Shown here piece after piece: positions 53,982 through 64,000 of a stretch of 64,000 nt of DNA (position 1 is its first letter; each line of letters opens with the position of its first letter). The notes beneath the pieces are model-generated. The model had not been told where the DNA came from. It saw nothing but the letters and a program-made list of their open reading frames with translations, and did not search any database. The DNA is from Spironucleus salmonicida (taxonomy: Eukaryota), in contig NC_090603.1 in the NCBI RefSeq assembly GCF_000497125.1, positions 496,001 to 560,000 of the forward strand, in the 5' to 3' direction. Position numbers and translations under genes: made by a program.

Positions 53982-54486
53982 TGATTTATTTTATTTTAAT
54001 ATAGAATTAGCATAATTAAAGGAAAGTATGTTATGATAGTTATCTACTGATCTGGCTTCTCATATACATTTCCAGTCTTAGAATCAACGTATTAGATTAT
54101 ATTTAATTCCTTAAGGTTATACGATTCTCTTTTATTTAAATTTATAGTTTATTCTAAATACAATTTATCTATTTTACATAATTCTTCTAATTTAATATTA
54201 TTATAATGGTATAATATGGTGGCAAAGAAAAATAGACGCAAGTATTATAAAAAGTAGAATACCTAATAACCTATATATTTAATATTTTACCTTAATGTAA
54301 TTATAAACCGTATTTGTTGAAAAATTGTATACATTAATAGTGAATGTATATATTAAATTTAGAAAATACTAAAACAAATTAAACTCTATATTATAATATA
54401 TTTATTCAAATTATTCTGTTCTACTTATTATAATAAATTTATATGATAGAATTATATTAACAATATAATTATTTTAAAGTCTCCAA

Positions 54487-54738
54487 ATGCGCAAAGAGAA
54501 AGCAAGTTCTACACCAAGAATTTAAAGCAAAAAAATGGTCAAAAGAACAAAGTAGTATACAGAAATAGCTCCAAGTGCTCCTATTTTCACTAGATAGCTA
54601 TTGCGAGAGAATGATGTAAGCGATGAATATTGGAATTATTGTATAGATTAGAGAGGCTGTTACGCGCAGGAAAATATTTAAACTATCAGTGCTAGAGGAT
54701 AACCACAACTATCGGCGCTTTTCCTCTTATCTTAGTGA
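54487..54738 (+). CDS. Small hypothetical protein (~83 aa)
   Basis: CAAATG start, ends TAG-TGA (AGTGA). Confidence 0.4.
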
Positions 54739-54891
54739 TTTTTTGCATTAAAAAGTCTACACTTCTAACATTACCTCTTTTACAGCTCAAAACAAATTTT
54801 ATTTTATATATCTAGGGATTGGAATAATAATTCATGTATTATGAAAATAAATTTAATTATTATATAGATATACTTAATATTTTCTGAAATT

Positions 54892-56229
54892 ATGGATGAG
54901 CCGATGACAAATGAGCAAATTAACTAGCTGATATAGGAGTCAGCAAGCCTGCTAGATGAGGTACTTTAAATACATTTAGACACAAATATAGAAGAGAATC
55001 AAGAAGTTTAGCAGTAGCGGTATGCAGACTGGCTTGAAATTCAGAACTAGTTAAATGACGAGTCAGAGATCTAGGTTTAACCAGAAAGTGATCAACAAAC
55101 AATAGTAGATGCAATATTCCAGCAAATCCCCTTGATGCCAAGCCATAAGGATGTACTTGACAAAGAACCATCAGATTCATCAGACTCGTCTACATAAACA
55201 GAAATAGTAACTGAAATGTCAACTTCGCCAATTTCAAAGGCACTCAAACTCCAAATAGACAAAATATCTTCAAAACTTGAGCTGTAGGCAGAGTCTAACC
55301 TTCTTTAAGACGATGATTATCGGGTCCTTCTGACAGAAATTAAAAACGCACCACAACTAACCAAAACAGAAAATTAAATTGTTGACTAAATACTATAAGA
55401 TGACTATTTTTCGCAAGTAAGTTATCCCCAGCCAATAGATTCAGAGACGTATTTGGAGTAACTTAAAAACGCGAAAATCGACGCTGAAACACAATCTCTA
55501 CTCTCAAATACGTCAACTACAACTACCTAGATAACGCTTTAGCCACCACCACTATCCGGGTCCACACATAAAATTTGGACTTCAATTTCGGGAAATTAAA
55601 TTCCAGAAACAATTCAACTTTCCATTCCTGATATTAATGGGCAGCCAGATTATATCAGAATTCAGAGGCGCGATCGTAAACTTGAAACGCACTTGAAAAA
55701 TGTAGATTTTTGCATTTAGTAGGTCTAAAATGATACTACAGTTCTGTCACTAAATTAAGATTAAATTCGCGGTTTCCTGGTCGATTTTTACGCAAATCCA
55801 CAAAATTTGGAAAATCTGCCAAATTTTGAGGGCGAAATGTAACTTTCTGGCACTGAAAAATTGAAATTGAATTCAATTCTTGAATCGGTCAATAAGTAAG
55901 CAAAATAGCTGTCTGAGTAAATGGAAAATGAATTTTGTAAGCCAGTTTTAGGCGATTTAATAAATGATTTTTAGGTTCAAAACGAAAATTCTGATAAAAT
56001 GCTAGAAGAATTTCAAAAAACGTAAACCTTAGAGGAAATGCTCAAAAACAATACCAAATTCGTAAAATTTGAGAAGGAAATTTTGGACAAAACAGATTTG
56101 ATTGAAAAGAAGCGATAAGCATTAGCACCTGGGAGAAAAAACGACCAATCACCGAGATAAAAAGGAGGCTTATGGAGTGGAAAGAGCTCTGGTAAGGTGC
56201 CGCAGGTGTTGAAGGTCGCGCGGGAGTGA
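54892..56229 (+). CDS. Acidic/Gln-rich coiled-coil hypothetical protein (~445 aa)
   Basis: Open frame MDEPMTNEQ... ending GAG-TGA. Confidence 0.65.
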
Positions 56230-56760
56230 TTTTGATGACGTAATGAAAGAACTTGTTTGTGTTTGTTTATATAAAAATAGAGCTAATATAAAAGTTGTTA
56301 TTTTAATATAATAATTGTTTACTATTTTTAAAATAACAAATTTTGAATAATATTGCAAATATCAATTTCACAGTGGTAAAATCTAGTTTTAGCTAAGATT
56401 ATTTGCATACTAATTATAGCTTTTGAAGTTAATGGTTTCACTACATACAATTCATCATATCTGAAAAGATATCTTATTAGCTGGCATTTTTTCTTTAATT
56501 ACGGCGATCTAATAATAACTAGTTCAAGTCATGAGTACTAGTTTCATCGTCAGAGAAATCAAATTAAAGAAGATTTGGTACTGTAGCTATTTATTTCAGC
56601 TTTTATGGGATTTATGGTAAATGTTTTGTTGCTATCATTTTATTTTAATAACATATTTATGACTATTATATATAGGAGTAAATTTGTTGTATTTATCAAG
56701 TAAATTAATATAGTTTTTAGGGATCATAATATCTAAAATCCTAATTATCATTATTAAGAA

Positions 56761-57225
56761 ATGAAGATTATGTTTGTATGTTTAGGCAACATTTGCAGGT
56801 CTCCATTAGCTCACGGTATAGCATTATATTATGCAAAAAAAGATAATCTTAAAAATATAGAGTTTGAATCATGCGGTATGTATGGTGAACCTGAAGGTTG
56901 TTCCACACATAGAGGTTCATAAAAAATAATCAAGGAACGATTAAATTTTACATTTACTAAACCATCAAGGCACTGGCAAAGGACAGATTATGATACTTAT
57001 GATCTTATTCTTTGTATGGATAACTCAAACAAAAATGATGTTATGGACGACCTCAAAGGAAAAGACTCATAATAAAAGGTGAAACTTTTTAGAGAATTTG
57101 ATCCAAAGGGTACTGGAGAAGTTCCAGACCCGTATTATACAGGTGGATTTGATCTTGTATTTGATATGTGTGAAAGAACTGTTATCAATCTACTTGATAT
57201 GGTTAAAACTAATAAACTTCAATGA
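56761..57225 (+). CDS. Low-molecular-weight protein tyrosine phosphatase
   Basis: [12 protein letters not shown]-loop, DLILCMD, EVPDPYY general acid loop. Confidence 0.95.
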
Positions 57226-57905
57226 TAGAATTTAATCACTAAAAGCAAATAGTGCTTTTTCTTTTTAAATTTTTTTCTTATTTTAACTCATTTTCATTCA
57301 CATATTCAATTACTTTATCTAATAAGTTATCAATCCTATCTCTTCTAACTTTTTTCGAGGGGTCTGATTTACGTTACGTAAATTAGATACTCCTCTCAAA
57401 GTTAATAGATGCAAATAATGGGACAGTTTCCTAAGTTCTTTAAGGGGATCGTAGACATACTAATTTAGGCAAGAATACGTTGTCAAATTATTTAACAATC
57501 TTCTATGTTTCGATTTATTTAATCTTGACTTTGTTAATATCCATTTTACTATAGATGATTTATAATAAATATGAATTATAATTATTGAGTTAAAAATGGA
57601 AACTTCTTAAAACTTTGAAGAGTGTAATTAAACTTAATTAATAGAACTACATATAGTTTGAACTTAAAAATCTATTGAATATTGTTACGATTATACACTA
57701 TAGTTTTAATAATAAACCATTTATTTTATAATATTATTTATTATTTATTCGGTTGAAATTAGTAGAGGTTACTTTAATAAGCTTATATACTAATAATGAT
57801 CGTACTTGTTTTAAATTTGATTATTAATATATAATATAGCTATTTTAAGATAAACTATTTCGCTATATAAGAAAATATTACTTTACATTTTTGTCAAGCT
57901 GAAGT

Positions 57906-58583
57906 ATGTATAACTCATTTTATATATTTTAACATTTTATTAAATTAATAAGGCCAAATCATGTGGCCTTAAAGTAGACATTAAAGAGAATTAAATTGGA
58001 AGAATTCCGCTCATATCACTTTGTGGATCCGTACCTGAAGAGCTTGATGACGTTCATCAACACGCAGAGGGGCGACCTTTCCGAGGTGTTCGACATCCTG
58101 GTGCAGTGCTCGTTCCAGCGGCACATCCTGGACCACGAGGGCCGGAAGCAGATGGCGCCCATGGTGGTGTTGCAGCCGATCTACGAGCAGAAGGCCGCCC
58201 CCTTCGACCAGTTCTTCACGCCGCTGATACGCGCCGTGGACCAGGAGTCCTGCTTCGTGTGCCGGTTCCACCACCACGACTACACGCTGCCGCGGGGGTT
58301 CCTGGTCACGCTGAGCCAGATCGTGCGCCTCATCGCGGGCATCAAGGCCCTGCCGTACCAGCGCTTCTGCTGCATCGCCTTCCTCCAGAGCCTCGCCGCG
58401 CACAGCATGTGGCCCAACGGGAACTGCTACTCGCTGCTCACGGCGTTCACGGACTCCGAGGTGCGGCAGCTGCTAGCCGCGGGCCTGCTGGAGCGCAGCC
58501 GGGTGCTCGTGCAGGCGCTGCGGCTGCAGCGGAGGCTCCCGGGGCTGGGGGAGAGCATCGCAGCAGAACTGCGGGCCGAGTGA
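57906..58583 (+). CDS. Hypothetical protein, GC3-rich (start uncertain)
   Basis: Strong G/C third-position bias in the 57996-58583 frame. Nearest upstream in-frame ATG is 57906. Ends GAG-TGA. Confidence 0.65.
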
Positions 58584-58642
58584 AAAATATATTTGGGAAC
58601 AGCGCTCTCCTCGGGGACCGGGGAGCAAGTGCGAAAAGAAAC

Positions 58643-59425
58643 TCAATCTGAGAGGAACGCCGGCCTGACGTAGTCCTTGATGGACAGCGAGTGGCGCGGG
58701 GTTCCGCCCATGGTGTCGTCGGCGTGGAAGCCGAGCCCCGACATGGCCTTCTGGACCATGGTCCTCGCCTCGTCGATCTCCTTGATGGAGAGCCGGAGCT
58801 TCTTGAGGGCGTGGTAGGCGTCCAGCTGCCCGATCTGGAAGAAGTGCGAGCCGCAGTCCTGGACCATCCAGTTCGTGCGGCCGTAGTTCAGGGACTTCGC
58901 GCCGCGGAGCAGCAGATCGGTGAACTCGCCGAAGCCGATGACGATGCTGAGCGTGAGCGGGTTCGAGAAGGGGTTCTGCGACCTGACGAAGAGGTCCTGG
59001 AGCACGATGTCCTGGAACTGGCGGGCGAACTTGAAGCCGACGCCTACCACGAGGCAGCTGGCCAGGGGCACCGGGGCCTTGATGACACCGTGCCGGATGA
59101 CGGACTGCTTCAGGATCTCGTAGCGCCCCGAGATGGCGAGGATGCCCTGGAAGCTGAGCCCCGCGGGGAAGATCGCGACGGCCTTGTCGCGCTTGAACAC
59201 CTGGAGCTTGACGGGGTACTTCGTGACGAGGTCCAGCTCGTGCGGGGAGGCGAGGTCCATGACGTCGCGGCAGCCGAAGTAGGCGGCGTAGTGGATGGCG
59301 GAGAAGCCGCGGAAGGGCGACTCCTCGCGCTCGTCCACGGAGCCCATGAGCTTGGCGCCCTTCATGAACTTGGCGTCGTTGGCCTAGGCGGCCTCGAACC
59401 AAGGCTGTGTGGCACAGGATCCCAT
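58643..59425 (-). CDS. Single-module ankyrin-like protein, GC3-rich (~260 aa)
   Basis: MGSCATQPWFEAAQANDAKF...DEREESPFRGFSAIHYAAYFG (reads through one TAG). Paralog of 39179-39910. Confidence 0.8.
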
Positions 59426-59634
59426 TGATGGAGTGGGGTAGAAGTGGAATTTTGTGTAAAATGGGGAGTATGGTTATTATATACGATTAGGCTTCGTGTA
59501 GTGTTTGTGGTTTATTCCATGTAATACTATATATGTACATACTGCAGGCAGGGAGGCTGGCAGTTTCCGAAGTAAAAACCGATGAGTTGTATTATAATTT
59601 GGAGGAATAGAATTATTATATGGCAGTGTGCACA

Positions 59635-59757
59635 TCATAGTCTCACTGATACTATCTTCGCCAGCAGCACGCCGGTGGCCACCAGGTTCAGCACCACCCC
59701 GCAGAAGTAGAAGTTCTGCCTCATCTGCACGCGTCGCTGCCTCTGCAGGAGGGCCAT
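59635..59757 (-). CDS. Putative small single-pass membrane peptide (40 aa; could extend to ATG 59859)
   Basis: MALLQRQRRVQMRQNFYFCGVVLNLVATGVLLAKIVSVRL with mostly G/C third positions in an AT-rich context. Confidence 0.45.
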   Translation of the reverse strand: MALLQRQRRVQMRQNFYFCGVVLNLVATGVLLAKIVSVRL

Positions 59758-60212
59758 GTATGCATTCTGCTTAATTTTAATTTTTAATTATGTGTTTATT
59801 TATTTATTCTAAATTGTTTATGCTAAAAATTTGTATAGTTTTAATAAAATACATTTCATATACAGCTAGCATATTGATAGGATATGAATTGTAGATTAAT
59901 GTACATTTTATGGATAATAGAGATAGTAAGTACAAATTTACATTACTACACAATTTCGACTAATAAATCGCTATAATACAAAATCTAAGAGTACGAAATT
60001 ATTGTAAATTTTCAAAAATTTAAATAATTAATTAGTACAAAATATCCTATGCAAAAACTAAACTGATATGAATAATTACTACTATTAACATAAATGTTGC
60101 ACTACTTATTTTCTGGTTATTTATTTAGATAAAAAGATAATATCAAGATAAAGATAATGATGATAAAGATTTAATTATTATATAATATAATTAGATAATA
60201 ACATAAGATTAG

Positions 60213-61031
60213 ATGTCATATTTTATCAACGCATCAATCGTTAATTATTCTCTTTATGTTTACATTTTATCTAACTAGAAAAATCAATTTTTACTACCTA
60301 CAACTGTAAACTTCACTCTTTATCGATAAGGTGAACCTTTTTTACACAATTTTTTCGAGTTATCACCAGGAGTATCATTATCCTTCCTATCATGTGCATC
60401 ATTTATTTCTAGGAATTATGAATTATGTAATAATCTTTTCAAGTAATCCACTTATTCTGACTATCGATTAGAGGGAATATTTGAAGGCGAATAAAAATAA
60501 ACAAAATAATTTGAATATAATTTTCAACCGGATGATTTTATTTAAAATTTAACAGTAGATTGTAGGATATATAATGGCTAGTAACTGTAATTTTCATTGA
60601 AAAGCATCATCCCTATAAAAAATTATAGCTATAATGTGTCAGTGTAATGTTTTTCGAGATATGGGAGTATTGAAATACCGTCTATATTTTCATTAAGTTC
60701 AAATGGTGTTATACTCGTTCAAGCAGAATGCTCATATTTTCTAAATATAATCCAATCATACTAATAAAAACACTAGATTGATATTTTACACAAGTGTACT
60801 GCTGCTATACTATATGAATATTCTTTTTGTGGAGTTTAGATTTTTAATGAAACAACAAGGGCCGTATTTGAAAACGGTATAGCAATTAAAAATAGATAAA
60901 ATTTTATTAAAAAAGATAAAATTCTGAAGCTTTTAATGTAAGGTTTGTCTGCAGTAACATTCATTACATATAGTTTTATTGAGATTTATTGTTGTATAAG
61001 AAAGAAAAAATCAAATCGTCTTACTAAGTGA
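60213..61031 (+). CDS. Hypothetical protein with C-terminal TM segment and basic tail
   Basis: Fully read 272-aa frame ...GLSAVTFITYSFIEIYCCIRKKK, ends AAG-TGA. Confidence 0.65.
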
Positions 61032-61428
61032 GTATATGTTTATTTTATAGAATAATACTATTTAAGATTAAATATAATCTTAGTTGTTATAACAATAGTA
61101 TTTATCAGCATGCAATGATTTAAATGTATTAATAATAAAATTGGCATAAAATATATTATCAAACAAGTTTATACAAACAAATAATGAATCATATGTGTAC
61201 ACAATTTGTTCATTATTTCTATTTATCTAGAGTTTTATTTCCATATACGAATAATACATCTTATATTATTCTCGAAAAATCAATCCTATTCAAGCTTTAA
61301 CGATTGCAGCTGCAGTTGTGTTATACTACCAAATTATTATTTATATTAGTATTATGTATTGTATAACCATGTTAAGATAAATTAATATTAATTGTATTAT
61401 CTAATTTAGAATAAACTTTTTATAAATA

Positions 61429-62223
61429 ATGCCAATACCGGATTTGTTTGCTTTTCCAAGTCCGCCACCACGTGCATCTTTTAAGGACTATGATCATCTT
61501 ATAAAATAGCTTAAAGTTGATAAACTTACAATAAATTATATGACTTTTCTTCCTCTTTAAGAACCTCGGTTTACTGTTATTTACTCACATTCAAATGCTG
61601 AAAACATGATAACTTCAAAACAATTTCTTCAGGAGCTTTCAAAAATATTGACATGTAAAATCATAGCATATGAATACCCAGGCTACGTACTAAATGACCG
61701 AAAACCACGCAGAAAAACAATTGAAAAAGCAGCACTGGCGATCGCAAAGCACTTTGCCGAGGAATAAAATTTGATATTTTGGGGAAGAAGTCTAGGTAGC
61801 TATTTTGCTGCGCTTTAGGCATTTAGCATACCATGCAAAGGCCTCGTACTAGAGAGCGGCCTAAGCTCTGGTCTGGACGTTGTTTGCAAGAGAAGTTTCC
61901 GATTTTTAGACAGTTTCTGTGTTAAAAATTTGATAAAAGATGTTAAAAGTATAATTATTCACGGCACTGAGGATACAGTGGTTCCAGTTCGAGCAGCAAT
62001 GAATAATAAGGCTGCTGGGGGTGATAATGCTACAATTTGTCTTATTGAGGGTGCAGGGCATGAAGACGTTGGGTATTACTATTTGTAGGATTTGGTTAAT
62101 GGGATTGTAAAATTTCTTGGTGACTTGGAGATTGAAATAGGAGACTGGAGCGTCGAAAATCGATGGAAAAAACGGGATGGTGAGGAGGAAGAGAATGTGA
62201 GCCAGCGAATGAGATTTATATGA
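61429..62223 (+). CDS. Alpha/beta hydrolase, ABHD17-like
   Basis: FAFPSPP, TVIYSHSNAE, AYEYPGY, nucleophile GRSLGS, IIHGTEDTVVP, IEGAGHED. Confidence 0.88.
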
Positions 62224-62330
62224 TTTTTATAATTAAAAGATAATATTTGTCAAATTAATTAAACTAGTTTTATATAGCTTTAATATGAGATACTGAACAA
62301 TGTATTAACTATAAAATATCGAACTCACAT

Positions 62331-64000
62331 TCATAAGAATCCCTCATTTTCTTCTTCTGCATCGTGCGTTTAAATGATTTCAATTAATTTTTGCTTAACA
62401 CCTCTAAGTTTTTAAGTTTAAAATTAGTATCCTATTCGTAACCACTGCCCAACCTTATCAGTTCCGTCATCTTGCACAAAATTTCCCATCAGACTTTACT
62501 CAGTAAATAATTCTGTAATATAGCTTGCTAATACCTCACTTCTTGTCATTTAAAGCCATTTCATTAATTTCCTAACACTAACTATATGTATTCCAATTTT
62601 AATAAGCTACGTTTGTTAGTTAAGTAAAGCGCTAAAGAACACGAAATTAAATCCTCTTTAATCAAATTATAGCTTTGGTTTCTAAAGTTACAACACGGAT
62701 CCTACGTCACATATAACTGCTAAAGTCGTTACGGTTGTATTTTTCGAAAGGAAGAACTTGTTTGGTAAAATTATGTCAAAAGGTGTAGTAAAATTTTGCT
62801 CTAAAGTAGATAGGACTTACACCAATCCCATGTTTTTATTGTAAATAGCATAAAACAATGCACAAAATCCATTAATAATTACATTGGTGGAAGATCTAAT
62901 ATCATATTTCATCTTCATATCATTTATATTTTTAATAATAAACTTGTTATCCTCAGCTAGTACAGCATCAAAATAATGATCTTCAACAGTACTTTCTTAA
63001 CATATCTTATACTCTTAAACCATGAATTTATTTTTTAAAACCTCTTAAATATCACAAATATCGCTATGCAAATGTTGATTAACAATATTTTCATATTATT
63101 TTTTAATATCTCCTTTGAAGTATTTTTGGCCTAAAGTATAGATTTTTGGATTACTATTATACTTATAACAAAATTCAAGGCCCTTAAGCATGAGAGGGGA
63201 TCCAACAATATTACTCTGAAATATCCAATTAACTAATGTTTCAGATGTTTAATTAACACTAATAATTTCTAAATAGCTTACCAAACCAGTAATAAAATTT
63301 TAACTATTGTATTTATAAAGTAGAGAAATAAAATTATTTTTAAGGTTATTCATCATTTGATCAAAGTTTCTAGGATAATAATCAGCGATAATCCAATAAA
63401 TAAGAATATCTTGTGTCAATAATTATTAGTAAATTTTTTTAGTGGATAAGAAATCAATATATTTATCAAATTTACATAAAATTGCTAGCTATGCTGTTGT
63501 AGTTCCTTTCTTGATATAAAATGTATTTTCCTCTGTTATAATAATATTATTATATTAGACTGGAATGTCAAATTCTACAGAAGATAAAAACATTGCAATA
63601 TCTAATTCCTTTGATACAATAGAATAATGTAAACCCGTAAAACCTTTAAATTGTGAATGAAAATAGCTAGAATCTCTATCGTCGATTGATGTTAATTAAT
63701 TAATCTACTAAACTACATCTAATTCACCATTTTTGCATGCATTATACCAAATACTTTCAATAATTTCCACTTATCTGGGTATAATATCTTGCTACTATAT
63801 AACTAATACAGCCTCATCAGTCTATATTTTCAACAATTGAGCGTTAGATGATTAAAGAAATTACTAGTATTTTTTGTTAAATGCTTATGATTAATAAGCC
63901 TCAATCAGCGTATTCTCATATTAATTTAAATTCTAAAATGCGTATTCTTCTATTTATTTGTACATTTGCTATATATATCTTTATGCTTCGTTTTAGACTT
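62331..64000 (-). CDS. Ankyrin-like multi-module protein, 3' part (paralog of 9460-16707); 5' end beyond window
   Basis: WYNACKNGELD...SIDDRDS...GFTGLHYSIV module. C-terminus aligns by eye with that of the 9460-16707 protein. Confidence 0.75.

Noticed and set aside
58011..59428. Long overlapping alternative-frame ORFs in the track (58473-59402 -, 58691-59428 +, 58106-58651 +, 58011-58403 -)
   Set aside because: Shadow ORFs caused by high GC3 of the two real genes. They are Arg/Pro/Gly-rich or antisense-in-register with no motifs.
1..64000. Widespread pseudogenisation suggested by frequent TAA/TAG in conserved genes
   Set aside because: Explained by TAR=Gln reassignment. Frames and catalytic motifs are intact.
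1..64000. CRISPR arrays, rRNA genes, intact transposons or retroelements
   Set aside because: No repeat-spacer arrays, rRNA-like sequence, or transposase/reverse-transcriptase catalytic motifs were seen.

Overview
Gene-dense, AT-rich, apparently intronless eukaryotic DNA that uses a non-standard genetic code: TAA/TAG encode Gln and TGA is the only stop. The supplied ORF track is therefore heavily fragmented, and I re-translated genes by hand. The code, the AGTGA motif overlapping many stops, the cysteine-rich membrane proteins (CRMPs) and hydrogenosome-type genes point to a hexamitid diplomonad, most consistent with Spironucleus (inference). About 40 genes are present. Recognisable ones are SHMT, CTU1, tRNA-Ser(GCT), an actin-related protein, [FeFe]-hydrogenase maturase HydG, a PPP phosphatase, an STE-like kinase, an MFS transporter, TRM61, a CNNM/DUF21-CBS protein, proteasome beta1, a KH-domain protein, SRP19, LMW-PTP and an ABHD17-like hydrolase; many others are hypothetical. 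Most notable observations: (1) an ankyrin-like module family present as a ~2400-aa eight-module protein, a second giant paralog and two single-module paralogs with opposite codon bias; (2) an inverted, near-identical 312-bp copy of a CRMP 3' end inside an apparently older relic; (3) a CXXC CRMP with an in-frame TGA at a Cys position; (4) a MuDR/WRKY-like zinc finger fused to TRM61; (5) a PTH2 homolog lacking catalytic motifs; (6) two convergent genes whose stops form a palindrome. With one stop codon, chance ORFs of ~100 codons are common, so short hypothetical calls are low confidence.
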